In this document: positions 1 through 10,897 of the stretch, piece by piece
Numbering within the stretch: the first letter of the stretch is position 1
How the letters are laid out: each line of letters opens with the position of its first letter
Origin: an uncultured Bacilli bacterium
GTDB taxonomy: Bacteria; Bacillota_I; Bacilli_A; RFN20; CAG-631
Reading direction: 5' to 3'
DNA length: 64,000 nucleotides
Assembly (NCBI GenBank): GCA_947599835.1
Contig: CANQFQ010000001.1
Coordinates: 73,725-137,724 of the forward strand
Position numbers and translations under genes: made by a program
The notes under the pieces: model-generated
Seen by the model: the letters and a program-made list of their open reading frames with translations, nothing else
The model's database searches: none
Told to the model about the DNA's origin: nothing

Positions 1-1819
1 TGAACATCAATTTCAATTGAATTGGCACCATGCTCATATGCCCATGTAAAGGATTCAATGGTATTTTCAGGTAAAGTGACTTCAGGATTGGTTCCATTTG
101 TACCTGCACCTCTATGTCCGGCCACAACTGGAATAGACATTAAAGAATGAGCGACAGCATCTACTGTAAAGGTATCATTGCTGTATAATAAATTTGCTTG
201 GGATTGAACATTTGCATTATAGTTAGCAAGAATTAATTTACAACCTGCCAAAGCACCAGAAATGACAGAATAATGATCCCCGTTTTTGGCATTAGCAACA
301 ACACTATAGCCTAATAAAACGGTTTTAATCACATTTTCTTTATTTAATAAATCGCTATCAATTAAAATTAAATTTGCATAATGTTTACCCGCTTCTAAAC
401 AAACTGGAGAGATTTCTTCAAAAGTTTCAAAAGAAGTTAATGACGTTGGAATATAACCTAAACGAGCGTAAGGGATGAATTCTCTAGCTTTATCTAAAAT
501 TTCCCCTTTTGTCGACCAAATGACTAAATCGATAATGCCAAAAGACTTACAAATGTCGATAGCTATATTTAATGATTTTTCATCTTCAACTTGAATATTT
601 GGAATAAATGCGCCTCTAAATTCAGCAATTAAATCATTCAATGTCACATTTTCCATTAATTCATTATTTAATGAATAAACGGTACGATTTTCTAAACGAG
701 CAAACCATTGTTGTGTTTTTGTGCTAATACCATAAATTTCATCAATTGTTTTAGCAGAGCTAATCATTTGTGGTTTTAAAGGATTTACTTGTTGTCTACC
801 TTCTTTGATATTTACTAAGGATTCACTCGTATTTGCTGAAGAAGCCACTTTGATACTATCATCAATGGAAACTTTTAAATTTTCAAATTTTACTACAGAA
901 CCAGCACATTGAAATCCAATATTTCCTGAAGATAGATTAGGTAAAGAAATATTGATTTCAGAAGTATATTCACCATAACTTACACTACCGATGAAGTTAC
1001 TATCTTTTAAAGAAAATTTTACATGAATAGGACCATTGTTCATAACTCCTGGATTTCCATTTTCACTATTCCATGTTCCTATATATGGATAAGAGTAAGC
1101 ATTTGTATTATAAACATAGGTAACTTCAATTGCGTTCGTGAGTGCAGCATTTTGTCTAAAGTCAAATTGATAAAATGGATATTTATTTGTTTCCGTTTCT
1201 TGATCTCTAAATACAATGCCAAACCATCTGGATGAATCTCCGTTTTGAACACTTTGGAAAGTAACATCACATTCTACCGTATAATTGGTATTATAACCTT
1301 CGATTAAATTATAAGTTACTCTATTCCAATCCGCACCAAGTGCTGTTAGAGTGATTGAATCTTCACTTGCTTCAATGGTAGAAGCAGCAAGATTTTGCTT
1401 CGTATAATTTGTAAGGTCAAAATCTAATGGATACGCTAAACGAGAAGCTTCATCTTCATTGATAAGCGCATTGATTTTAAAACTATACATATCATCTTGG
1501 GATGATACAGTAATGGTCGTGACTCCTTTTTTCAAGAAAGTTAGTTTTTGTTGGTCGACTTGAATCAATTGATTGTCACAAATAATTTTTGGTGTTTCTT
1601 TGAATAGATAAGAATAGTTAATATCTGCTAAATCAAAAGTTTCGCCTACAATTCCATAAACATTAACTGAGTCATATCGAGAATTAATCGTTGCATAATA
1701 TTCTTTTTCAATATAGCTAGAAGAACTACTTGAAGAAGAATTTGAAGCGACATTTTCTTTACTAGAGCATCCAGCTAATAATGAAACCGAAAGTAAGCAT
1801 AACAAAAATTTCTTTTTCA
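1..1819 (-). CDS. Lipoprotein with glycerophosphodiester phosphodiesterase (GP-PDE) domain, 3' partial (C-terminus runs off window start)
   Basis: Minus-strand ORF starting at 1819 with RBS AAGGAG upstream. N-terminus MKKKFLLCLLSVSLLAGCSS is a lipobox followed by a Ser-rich linker. The translation near the window start reads HRGAG...PENTIESFTWAYEHGANSIEIDV, matching the GP-PDE HRG/ENT/IE-D catalytic motifs. Not in the ORF track because there is no in-window stop. Confidence 0.6.
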
Positions 1820-1897
1820 TCTTTATTTCTCCTTTTAATTAATTTGATTGTCAAATATATTTTAACAAAAAAATAATTTTCAGTAAATCCCAATTTA

Positions 1898-1925
1898 CTG
1901 AAAATAAAAAGGCCTTTGACACACA
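1898..1925 (-). terminator. Rho-independent terminator for rubrerythrin (hairpin plus T-run on minus strand)
   Basis: Inverted repeat aaggcctttg/caaagacctt followed by a T-run on the minus strand. Confidence 0.4.
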
Positions 1926-1947
1926 AAGACCTTCATTAAAAATGAAA

Positions 1948-2487
1948 TTAATAATTTTGACCTTTTAATTCAAAATATGCTTGTGGATGACTGCAAACAG
2001 GACAAGTTTCAGGAGCAGTTTTGCCTACATGAACATGTCCGCAATTCCGACAAACCCAAATAACAGGTTCATCTTTAGCAAAAACAGTGTTTGAAGTTAA
2101 ATTATCTAATAATTTAAGATATCTTTCTTCATGTGTCTTTTCAATTTTGCCCACAGCATCGAATAAAAATGCTAAACGATCAAAACCTTCTTCCTTTGCA
2201 ACTTTAGCAAAGTTTGCATACATATCTGTCCATTCTTCATGTTCACCAGCAGCAGCTGCTTTTAAATTTTCAGCTGTTGAAGGAATTGCACCACCACATA
2301 AATATTTGAACCAAATTTCAGCGTGTTCTTTTTCGTTGGCAGCGGTTTCTTCAAAAATGGCTGCTATTTGTTGATATCCTTCTTTTTTTGCTTTTGAAGC
2401 AAAATAGGTATACTTATTTCTTGCTTGAGATTCTCCAGCAAAAGCTACAGCAAGATTCGCTTCTGTTTTACTTCCTTTTAAATCCAT
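1948..2487 (-). CDS. rbr: Rubrerythrin
   Basis: The ferritin-like di-iron domain has the [10 protein letters not shown] and EKEHAEIW motifs. The C-terminal rubredoxin-like domain carries CRNCGH...CPVCSHP. Confidence 0.85.
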   Translation of the reverse strand: MDLKGSKTEANLAVAFAGESQARNKYTYFASKAKKEGYQQIAAIFEETAANEKEHAEIWFKYLCGGAIPSTAENLKAAAAGEHEEWTDMYANFAKVAKEEGFDRLAFLFDAVGKIEKTHEERYLKLLDNLTSNTVFAKDEPVIWVCRNCGHVHVGKTAPETCPVCSHPQAYFELKGQNY

Positions 2488-2661
2488 TTTACGTCCTCCT
2501 TTTTTCTAATTATATTATAGATAAAAATAATCTGTGAATACAAATATTTTTTATTAAATTTAATTGTTTTATTTAGCGCTTATAATTTTATATTTAAAAA
2601 CAAAAACTTGTATAAATGCTATAAAAAAATTATAATGAAATGGCTAGAAAGTAGGGATCAT

Positions 2662-3765
2662 ATGTCATTAACTGCTGGAATTGTTGGAATGCCTAATGTC
2701 GGCAAATCCACATTATTTAATGCGATTACGAATTCACAAGTTGAAGCTGCAAATTATCCATTTGCCACGATTAAACCCAACACCGGAGTTGTAGAAGTTC
2801 CGGATAAGAGATTGGATTATTTATGTCAACTATATCATCCACTTCGTAGAGTGGCTGCAACGTTTGAATTTACAGATATTGCCGGATTAGTTAAAGGTGC
2901 TTCAAAAGGTGAAGGACTAGGCAATCAATTTTTAGCAAATATTCGAGAAACAGATGCTATTTGCCACGTTGTTCGTTGTTTTGAAGATCCCAATATATTA
3001 CATGTAGATGGAAGTGTGAACTCGCTTCGTGATGCGGAAACCATCAACTTAGAATTAATTTTTGCTGATTTAGAAACTATCGAAAATCGCATTGCAAAAA
3101 TTGAAAAAAAAGCAACTACAAGCAAAGAAAAAAACGCTGTCGAAGAATATGAAATTTTAAAACGCATTCGAACGACATTAATGGCAAACCAACCGGTAAG
3201 AAGTATCGAATTTACACCAGAACAAGCAAGATTAGTGAAATCTTTCCATTTATTAACCAATAAACCAATGATTTATGTGGCCAATATGGGAGAAAACGAT
3301 ATCGCTAATTTTGATAACAATAAAGAATATCAAGCCTTAAAAAAGCAAGCGGCACTTGAAAAAGCAGGAATCATTCCTATTTGTGCTAAAATAGAAGATC
3401 AATTAGCAAGTTTAGATGAGGAAGAAAGATTGCTTTTTATGGATGAACTTGGAATGCAAGAATCGGGACTTAGTAGATTAATTAAGGCTACTTATCAATT
3501 ATTAGGTTTAGAAACCTTTTATACTTCCGGAAAAGATGAATGTCGAGCATGGACTTTTAAAAAAGGAATGAAAGCTCCACAATGTGCAGGAATTATTCAT
3601 ACAGATTTTGAAAGAGGATTTATAAAAGCTGAAATTTATAATTATGAGGACTTAATCCAATATGGAACTGAAACAGCGGTAAAAGAAAATGGAAAATATC
3701 GCTTAGAAGGTAAAGAATATCTTATGAAAGATGGAGATATCGCCTTCTTTAAATTCAATGTTTAG
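2662..3765 (+). CDS. ychF: Ribosome-binding ATPase YchF (Obg-family GTPase)
   Basis: MSLTAGIVGMPNVGKSTLFNAIT P-loop plus a TGS-like C-terminus. The ORF track starts at 2608; the internal Met at 2662 is the more likely start. Confidence 0.85.
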   Translation: MSLTAGIVGMPNVGKSTLFNAITNSQVEAANYPFATIKPNTGVVEVPDKRLDYLCQLYHPLRRVAATFEFTDIAGLVKGASKGEGLGNQFLANIRETDAICHVVRCFEDPNILHVDGSVNSLRDAETINLELIFADLETIENRIAKIEKKATTSKEKNAVEEYEILKRIRTTLMANQPVRSIEFTPEQARLVKSFHLLTNKPMIYVANMGENDIANFDNNKEYQALKKQAALEKAGIIPICAKIEDQLASLDEEERLLFMDELGMQESGLSRLIKATYQLLGLETFYTSGKDECRAWTFKKGMKAPQCAGIIHTDFERGFIKAEIYNYEDLIQYGTETAVKENGKYRLEGKEYLMKDGDIAFFKFNV

Positions 3766-4757
3766 TCGTAAGAAACAATATTTTCTTGAATAGGTTGATG
3801 ATTTTGAAAACTTTTTGCGTTCGCTAAAGTTATTTTTGCTATGCTTTGCAATGCTTCTTTGGTTAAAAAGCCTTGATGTGAGGTAACAATAACATTCGGA
3901 AAAGATAAGAGCCTTGCCGTAATAGAATGCATTAATATATCTTCTTCAAGATTTTCAAAGACATAATCATCCTCTTCTTCGTAAACGTCTAGGGCTACAC
4001 CAGAAAATTTCATCTTTCTGATTCCTTGGATTAAATCTTCTGTTTTAATCAAACCGCCACGCGAAGTATTGACTAAGATGACTCCATTTTTCATTAAATG
4101 AATGCTTTTTTTATCGATAAGATGGTGTGTTTTTTTGTTTAATGGGCAATGTAATGAAATAATATCAGATCTTTTCAATAATTCTTTAAAAGAAACAAAT
4201 TCAATAAAATCTTGTTGATTTGAAACATTTGGATCATAGGCAAGAACTTTCATTTCAAATCCTTTACAAATGTTTGCAAATGCAAGGCCGATTTTTCCTA
4301 GACCTACAATGCCAACCGTTTTATGATAAAAATCAATGCCAGTTAATCCTGTTAATGAAAAATTATTTTCGCGTACTTTAATATATGCTTTATGTATTTT
4401 TCTATTGACAGCTAGAGCAAGCGCCATAGCCATTTCAGCCACAGCATTAGGGGAGTAACGATTTACGCGCATCACAGTGATATTTTCTTTTTTGCAGGCT
4501 AAAAGATCAATATTATTAAATCCTGCACATCGCAATAAAATCAGATGAATTCCATTTTCTTTTAATTGATGAATTAAAGTAGCATTTAAAATACAATTTA
4601 CAAATATACAAACGGCATCAAAATGCTTTGATAAAAAAATCGTTTGTTTGTCGAGTTCTGAATACGTAAAAGTTATGTGAATGTCCGGATAATTAAATAA
4701 CTCTTGTGTAAAAGTTTCTTCATCATAGTTTTTTGTACCATAAAATAAAATGTTCAT
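3762..4757 (-). CDS. D-isomer-specific 2-hydroxyacid dehydrogenase (D-lactate dehydrogenase-like)
   Basis: 331 aa with the NAD-binding motif GIVGLGKIGLAFA and a D-LDH-like N-terminus MNILFYGTKNYDEE. Confidence 0.8.
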   Translation of the reverse strand: MNILFYGTKNYDEETFTQELFNYPDIHITFTYSELDKQTIFLSKHFDAVCIFVNCILNATLIHQLKENGIHLILLRCAGFNNIDLLACKKENITVMRVNRYSPNAVAEMAMALALAVNRKIHKAYIKVRENNFSLTGLTGIDFYHKTVGIVGLGKIGLAFANICKGFEMKVLAYDPNVSNQQDFIEFVSFKELLKRSDIISLHCPLNKKTHHLIDKKSIHLMKNGVILVNTSRGGLIKTEDLIQGIRKMKFSGVALDVYEEEDDYVFENLEEDILMHSITARLLSFPNVIVTSHQGFLTKEALQSIAKITLANAKSFQNHQPIQENIVSYD

Positions 4758-4909
4758 AGAACCACCAAATATAGTTTAAGCAAAATTAAATATTTAAAAC
4801 AAATGATTGATTTTATCGTTAAATTATGAAAGGAGGCTCTATTAGTAATTGACAAAATAGTAAAATATTTTATAATATTTTATGTTAGAAGGGGAAAAGG
4901 TGATTATAA

Positions 4910-5473
4910 ATGAATGAACGTGAAAAAGCCAAAAGGATATTAGAATTAGTTGGCGCAATTTTTTCAATTGTTTTTGGCGGTATTTTATTTTTAGGCGGTT
5001 TGATAATTCTTTCTGCTGGTGATTTCGTACAATCATATTTGGGCACGCAAAATATAGATGAAACTACAGCCGCAGGAATGAAGTCGATTTTAACAGCATC
5101 AGCAATTGTGGTTATGTTATTAGCTGTGGCTTTGATTGTTCTTGGTGCCTTTTGTTGTCCAAAATTGAAAGTAAAGCCCGATGGAACGATTCAAAAACGT
5201 TTTGGTTTACGACTTGCTTTAGTCATCATGAATGGTATTTTACTTTTAGAAGAATTGGTTGGCAGATCATTATTTGGTGTCGTTTTAGCTGGCATTCCAT
5301 TTGTTTTATTATTAGTTAGTATTTGCATTCCTAGTAATAGTAATAAGACCAACAAACAACAATCCACAGTTCCGTTAGAAATGTATCAAGGTAATTATTA
5401 TAATAATGAAACGAACGATTCAACGGGAAATAATTCGACTACAGATAATAATCAAAAAGATTCTAACGAATAA
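4910..5473 (+). CDS. Hypothetical membrane protein with Asn/Ser/Thr/Asp-rich C-terminal tail
   Basis: Four predicted TM helices and a low-complexity tail NNETNDSTGNNSTTDNNQKDSNE. Confidence 0.4.
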   Translation: MNEREKAKRILELVGAIFSIVFGGILFLGGLIILSAGDFVQSYLGTQNIDETTAAGMKSILTASAIVVMLLAVALIVLGAFCCPKLKVKPDGTIQKRFGLRLALVIMNGILLLEELVGRSLFGVVLAGIPFVLLLVSICIPSNSNKTNKQQSTVPLEMYQGNYYNNETNDSTGNNSTTDNNQKDSNE

Positions 5474-5535
5474 AACAATTTAAATGGCGTATCTTCAATA
5501 TAGATGCGTCTTTTTTTAACGAAAAGAGGGAAAAC

Positions 5536-6093
5536 ATGAAAAAAAACTTTGGGAAACAAACCTATCTTTATCCGATGCCAGTATTAATCATAGCGACTTA
5601 TAATGAAGATGGTAGTGCGAATGCCATGAATGCTGCCTGGGGCGGAATTCATGATACGAATCAAATTGGAATTTGTTTAGATAGTACACATAAAACCACA
5701 CAAAATATTTTAAATAAAAAGGCTTTTAGTGTAAGCGTTGCTGATGTTGATCACGTCGTTGAAGCAGATTATTTAGGTGTTGTTTCAGCAAATCAAGAAC
5801 AACATAAATTAGAAAAAGCACATTTAACGGTTTCAAAATGTGAATTTGTAGATGCTCCTATGATTAACGAATTTAAAATGACTTTAGAATGTCAAATGGT
5901 AAGTTATGATGAAAATTCTGGTTATTTAGTCGCAAATATTGTTAATGTTTGTGCAGATGAAAAGATTTTAAAAGATGGCAAAATCGATGTTACTTTATTA
6001 AAACCAATTACTTATGATCCTGTATCTCATAGTTATTTTCAATTAGGCGGTAAAGTTGGAAATGCATTCAAAGATGGCTTAAAATTAAAATAA
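5536..6093 (+). CDS. Flavin reductase-like (FMN-binding split-barrel) protein
   Basis: 185 aa. PMPVLIIATYNEDGSANAMNAAWGG is typical of the flavin reductase-like domain. Confidence 0.6.
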   Translation: MKKNFGKQTYLYPMPVLIIATYNEDGSANAMNAAWGGIHDTNQIGICLDSTHKTTQNILNKKAFSVSVADVDHVVEADYLGVVSANQEQHKLEKAHLTVSKCEFVDAPMINEFKMTLECQMVSYDENSGYLVANIVNVCADEKILKDGKIDVTLLKPITYDPVSHSYFQLGGKVGNAFKDGLKLK

Positions 6094-6109
6094 TGTATGG
6101 TGAGAATTT

Positions 6110-7084
6110 ATGTGTACAGCAATTACTTATAAAACCAAAAATCATTATTTTGGTCGTAATTTAGATTTGGAATTTTCTTATTTTGAAACGGTAACGATTA
6201 CGCCTAGGAACTTTCCATTTATTTTTAAAAAAGAAATGGCCATGACGCATCATTATGCTTTAATTGGAATGGCTTATGTGTGCCATAATTATCCTTTATA
6301 CTATGATGCCACCAATGAAAAAGGATTAAGTATGGCTGGACTTAATTTTCCAGAAAATGCCTTTTATCAAGAGCCAGTCGAAGATAAAAGCAATATTGCT
6401 CCTTATGAATTCATTCCTTGGATTTTAGGACAATGTTCTACCATTGAAGAAGTAAAAGAATTATTAAAAAGAACAAATCTTGTTAATCTAAATTTTACGG
6501 AAGAATTAAAAGCAACACCATTACATTGGATCGTAGCAGATAAGGAAAAATCGATCGTTATTGAACCTTTAGCGACCGGGACAAAAATCTATGATAATCC
6601 TGTAGGTGTTTTAACTAACAATCCAACCTTTGATGTACAAATGTTTAATCTAAATAATTATATGTATTTAAGTACAGGACCCATGCAAAATCATTTTTGT
6701 AAATCCTTACGATTAAATGAGTATAGTCGTGGAATGGGAGCTATAGGTCTTCCCGGAGATTTATCTTCCATCTCAAGATTTGTTAAAGCAACCTTTGTGA
6801 AAATGAATTCTATTTCTGGTGATAGTGAAGCAGAAAGTATCAGTCAATTTTATCATATCTTAAAATCAGTTGAACAACAACGAGGCTGTGTTCATTTAAA
6901 AGAAAAAGAATATGAGTTGACGATTTATAGTTCTTGTTGTAATGTAGATAAAGGAATTTATTATTATACGACTTATGAAAATAATCAAATCACGGGAGTT
7001 GACATGTATAAAGAAGATTTAGAAGGCATTGATTTGATTTGTTACGATTTATTAAAAGAACAAAATATTAAAATGCAAAATTAA
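6110..7084 (+). CDS. Choloylglycine hydrolase / bile salt hydrolase (Ntn hydrolase)
   Basis: N-terminal MCTA places the Cys2 nucleophile right after the initiator Met. 324 aa, the usual BSH/penicillin V acylase family length. Confidence 0.75.
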   Translation: MCTAITYKTKNHYFGRNLDLEFSYFETVTITPRNFPFIFKKEMAMTHHYALIGMAYVCHNYPLYYDATNEKGLSMAGLNFPENAFYQEPVEDKSNIAPYEFIPWILGQCSTIEEVKELLKRTNLVNLNFTEELKATPLHWIVADKEKSIVIEPLATGTKIYDNPVGVLTNNPTFDVQMFNLNNYMYLSTGPMQNHFCKSLRLNEYSRGMGAIGLPGDLSSISRFVKATFVKMNSISGDSEAESISQFYHILKSVEQQRGCVHLKEKEYELTIYSSCCNVDKGIYYYTTYENNQITGVDMYKEDLEGIDLICYDLLKEQNIKMQN

Positions 7085-7090
7085 TAACAA

Positions 7091-7128
7091 ATACTTATAA
7101 ACGATTTGAAAGTTTATAAGTTTTTTTT
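7091..7128 (+). terminator. Rho-independent terminator after the BSH gene
   Basis: Hairpin acttataaac...gtttataagt followed by a T8 run. Confidence 0.6.
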
Positions 7129-7315
7129 ACCTAATAAAATAGAAAAAATTTATGAATATTTCAAATGTATTTTATCAAAATAAGCATAGAAGAAAGGGTG
7201 CTAGATTCAAATGTACTAAACCTTTTCTAAATCGAATAAATTGTTGAGAAAAAGGATTGTTTTTTAAAAATTATATGTTATAATTATAACATTGTTTTAG
7301 ATGGAGTGTCGTATT

Positions 7316-8707
7316 ATGCATTTTTTAAAAGCCAATATAAAAAAAGTTAGTTTAAGCATTATGCTAACTATAATGTTTATTTTTTGGCTTTTTTCATATT
7401 TATCGAATAAGACTATTTTATCGATAAAATTAGCTTATCCAATGGAATGCATTTTATTGATTTTGATTGGAATTTATGCTTGTATCACTTTAAGTCTTTT
7501 GAAAGAAAATTACTATACATTAATGATGGTTGCTTTTGTTCCCTTTGTCTATTCGCATCCTTTTGATGCCAAGACCATTCCATGGTCACTTTTTATTGCT
7601 ATTATTTTAGCTTTTATAGGGCTTATTATTCGTGTTATTCGATTTAAATTTCATTTTAAGATTAGGCCGTTTTTTTATGGAATTGTCCTATTAGCTATTG
7701 CCTGTTTGCTAGGAGGCATCGGGAATAAGGCCGTATTTAAATCACAAATTGGGTTAATGCTTTTATTTTCTATAGGATTAGTATTATTATTTGTTTACTT
7801 TTCAAGTGAAAATAATTGTGAATTTCAAGATTTAGCCCTTGTTTTTGTTTTTTTAGGAATATATCTTACGTTACAATTATGTATATCTTATATAACCCAA
7901 GATAATTTTGTTCACACTTTTATTTATAAAGAAATATCGGTAGGATGGGGAATAAGCAATAATATTGCGATTATTTTACTCATGTTATTACCCTTTACTT
8001 ATTATTTTATATTGAATAAAAGGGGTATTTTTAAAATATTTTATACTTTAATTTTAATCATGGAAACCATTGCGATTTTTTTTACGAATTCATTGGGTGC
8101 GATTTCAGTTGTCCCTATTCTTTTATTGGGACTGTTTATTTATGGATGTGTTCAAACGCCATATAAAAAAGAATTTGTTGTAACACAAATAATGGCATTA
8201 TGCTTAATTGTAGCAATAATTTTGATTATTTTGAGTATTCATAACATTCCGATTTTAAAACTTTTCGATCGATTTATTCATAATAATCTTTTTACTTTAC
8301 ATGGAAGAGTAAAAATTTATAAAGATTGTTTTTATCATATCAAAGAACATTTTTGGTTTGGTTATGGAATGTTTGCACCTTTTAGTCATCATATAGATGT
8401 CAGTGAAGGAGCTTACCAATGGGCACATGGCACTTTTTTCCATACGCTCTATACTTTAGGGTTTGTAGGTTTGCTTGCAATGTGTTTTCATTTGTTTGAA
8501 AAATACTATATTTTATTAAAAGATCATTCTATGCCTGCCATGATTTCATTTTTTGCATTTCTTGGTTCTGGCATATATGGTCTTATTGATGTAAGTTATT
8601 ACTTTATTAATTACATGATTTTGTTATTGTTAATTTTAATTGTTACGCCTACGCAAGTACAATTCATTCATATCCAATGGAAAAAGGAAGTGAAAGCCCA
8701 TGGATAA
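7316..8707 (+). CDS. O-antigen ligase / Wzy_C-family polytopic membrane protein
   Basis: At least 10 TM helices. The motif WAHGTFFHTLYTLGFVGLL matches the H-N..L..E.G..G signature of the O-antigen ligase/polymerase domain. The start is uncertain (ORF track gives 7301). Confidence 0.55.
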   Translation: MHFLKANIKKVSLSIMLTIMFIFWLFSYLSNKTILSIKLAYPMECILLILIGIYACITLSLLKENYYTLMMVAFVPFVYSHPFDAKTIPWSLFIAIILAFIGLIIRVIRFKFHFKIRPFFYGIVLLAIACLLGGIGNKAVFKSQIGLMLLFSIGLVLLFVYFSSENNCEFQDLALVFVFLGIYLTLQLCISYITQDNFVHTFIYKEISVGWGISNNIAIILLMLLPFTYYFILNKRGIFKIFYTLILIMETIAIFFTNSLGAISVVPILLLGLFIYGCVQTPYKKEFVVTQIMALCLIVAIILIILSIHNIPILKLFDRFIHNNLFTLHGRVKIYKDCFYHIKEHFWFGYGMFAPFSHHIDVSEGAYQWAHGTFFHTLYTLGFVGLLAMCFHLFEKYYILLKDHSMPAMISFFAFLGSGIYGLIDVSYYFINYMILLLLILIVTPTQVQFIHIQWKKEVKAHG

Positions 8708-9419
8708 TTATTTATTTACATGGGATCATTTACTTTTTGTAATTCTTGGATTGTGTTCCATCACTGTTTTATGTTTATTATTTAAAAAATATGGAAAAGG
8801 AAAAGAATTAAATATTTTGAAATGGGCTTTTTGGATACTTTTTATTTTAGAAGTGATGAAAATTTTCTATCATATTCTAGTTTTAAAAGCACCGGCTAAA
8901 AATTGGATTCCTTTGTATTTTTGTAGTTTGGTTCTGTATGCTTGTGGTTTTGCAAGTTATGGTAAAGGTAAAATTAAAAAAATGGGAGAATGCTTTTTAG
9001 TATATGGAGGCATTGTTGCAGGAACAATTTTCATCATTTATCCTGCTACTGCATTGGGCTTACATCCTTTGTTCCATTTTTTAACGATACATAGTTTATT
9101 TTATCATGTTAGTTGCGTGTTTTTGGGTTTAATGTTATTAATGCACAACTATTATGAAATATCGCACAACGATATTATTGATTATGCCTTATTTGTAGGT
9201 ATCTATATGCTTTTTGCACAAACTTTAAATGTGGTTTTCTCGACAAATTTTATGTTTTTAAAAGAAAGTGGCGATATTTTACCATTAAGTTTTTTATATA
9301 CTTTTGTCGGTGCTTATTTTTATCCACTTTGCATTGCTATAGGACAATTAGTATGCACCTTTTATATAACTTATGTGAGTTGTTTTGTTTATCGAAAAGT
9401 AAAATTTAAAAACTTGTAA
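8700..9419 (+). CDS. Hypothetical polytopic membrane protein
   Basis: 239 aa, about 7 TM helices, 8-nt overlap with the upstream Wzy_C-like gene (likely co-transcribed). Confidence 0.4.
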   Translation: MDNYLFTWDHLLFVILGLCSITVLCLLFKKYGKGKELNILKWAFWILFILEVMKIFYHILVLKAPAKNWIPLYFCSLVLYACGFASYGKGKIKKMGECFLVYGGIVAGTIFIIYPATALGLHPLFHFLTIHSLFYHVSCVFLGLMLLMHNYYEISHNDIIDYALFVGIYMLFAQTLNVVFSTNFMFLKESGDILPLSFLYTFVGAYFYPLCIAIGQLVCTFYITYVSCFVYRKVKFKNL

Positions 9420-9658
9420 AATGAAAATCAATAAAACGATTTTCATGAAGAAATAAAAACAATTTGAAAATACTTTTTGAATTGTTTTACAATATAATTA
9501 ATAATATCCTATTTTTTGAGATGATTGATTCATCTTTTTTTTGTTGAAACATAAATTTTGATTGTATCTCTATAAAACTTTGATAGAATAAAATTAATAA
9601 TACAATTACATACATTTATTTGTTAGAAAAATTGCTATAATAAAAAAAAGAGGGTGAT

Positions 9659-10810
9659 ATGATGTTGACATTACAAGAAGCTAAAGAAATTTGTAAACAA
9701 GGAGATCTTTTTTATTTTAGTGAAAATCCAGATTATGAATCTGCTTTTCGATGTTATCAAAAAGCAGCCATCATTGAATATAAAGAAGCATTATATAAAA
9801 TAGCTAATTGTTATGAATTAGGAAAAGGTGTGCAAATAGACTTTTTTAAAGCCATGGATTATTATCAAAAAGCAGCCGATCAAGGTTATCCATCTGCTAT
9901 TACAAAAATAGATTATTTTAATAGTTTGAAAAAAAACAAAAAAAAATTATATGAAATGGCGTTTTTAAGTTGCTTTGAAGAACATAATTATACTAAAGCG
10001 GTGTATTGGTTTGATTTTTTAGCTAAACAAAATTATAAATTAGCAGTGAATCAATTAGGATATTGTTATTTAAAAGGATGGGGAGTTGAAAAATCAGAAA
10101 TTAAGGCAATAGAATTGTTTATTCAAGCAAGTAAAAAGTCTTGCCCAGAAGCTTGGTATCATTTAGGTCTATGCTATGAAATGGGTTATGGTCTTGAAAA
10201 AAATGTCTCAAAGGCATTAGTTCTTTATGAAAAAGCGGTGACCGCGATTACGTCCTCGCTTCAATTTATATCGTATCAAATTATTAAATTTCTTTTTACC
10301 TATCGGTATCAAATGGATCAAAACGAAAATAAAACACAAAATAAAACGTTTAATGATTATTTGGTAGAATTTTATGAAAACAAATTTAAAGCGATGGATG
10401 AAGATACGATGTATATTAATAATGTCAAAAATAAAGAAGGGTTAGAAATTGAAACCTTTCATGGTGCAGGCATGGCTTGGTATAAATTAGGAAAAAGTTT
10501 AGAAAACGATGAAAATGCTTTACCTGAAGAAAATATCCTTTGTTATTTTGAAAGTGCTATGCATGGAAATAAAGAAGCGCAACATTTGGTTTTAAATTAT
10601 ATTTATAATGATCAAGAAATTGACCGTCATAATTTTTCTAGTGAGGGGACATTAAAACCTTGTATGAAAAAGTGGCTTTCCAAAAAGCCAATCCAAACTA
10701 AAATAATCAAACATCTTCAAAGATTAAAAATGCTTAGCGAATTGTTAGATTTAAATGATGATGAAATTTTTCAAAAAATAAACATCAAAAAGAATAAAAC
10801 AAAAGCTTAA
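9659..10810 (+). CDS. Sel1/TPR-like repeat protein
   Basis: Repeated ...CYELGKGV..D..KA..YYQKAADQG.. units typical of Sel1 repeats. No signal peptide. Confidence 0.6.
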   Translation: MMLTLQEAKEICKQGDLFYFSENPDYESAFRCYQKAAIIEYKEALYKIANCYELGKGVQIDFFKAMDYYQKAADQGYPSAITKIDYFNSLKKNKKKLYEMAFLSCFEEHNYTKAVYWFDFLAKQNYKLAVNQLGYCYLKGWGVEKSEIKAIELFIQASKKSCPEAWYHLGLCYEMGYGLEKNVSKALVLYEKAVTAITSSLQFISYQIIKFLFTYRYQMDQNENKTQNKTFNDYLVEFYENKFKAMDEDTMYINNVKNKEGLEIETFHGAGMAWYKLGKSLENDENALPEENILCYFESAMHGNKEAQHLVLNYIYNDQEIDRHNFSSEGTLKPCMKKWLSKKPIQTKIIKHLQRLKMLSELLDLNDDEIFQKINIKKNKTKA

Positions 10811-10897
10811 AAGAATATCAAAAGATGTAAAAACATCGTGTAAATTCGGCAATTATCCTTTATAATAGAGTTACTAAGGTGAGGAGTGAAGAAATGC

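Noticed and set aside
1023-1270. Two small ORFs (1023..1235 +, 1079..1270 -) at the window start
   Set aside because: Both lie inside the long minus-strand GP-PDE lipoprotein gene, which is absent from the ORF track only because it lacks an in-window stop. They are frame artefacts.
2087-2374. 95-aa ORF antisense to the rubrerythrin gene
   Set aside because: It lies fully inside a strongly supported CDS on the opposite strand and has low-complexity, Ser/Ala-rich content. Typical spurious antisense ORF.
2488-2607. PerR/Fur-like box upstream of rubrerythrin (TAATTATATTATAG)
   Set aside because: It is AT-rich and only loosely resembles the 7-1-7 TTATAATnATTATAA PerR box. It cannot be distinguished from background AT-rich promoter sequence by eye.
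9421-9446. 9-bp perfect hairpin atgaaaatc-aataaaac-gattttcat after the 7-TM gene
   Set aside because: It is not followed by a T-run on either strand. Possibly a weak terminator or chance palindrome, so it is not reported as a feature.
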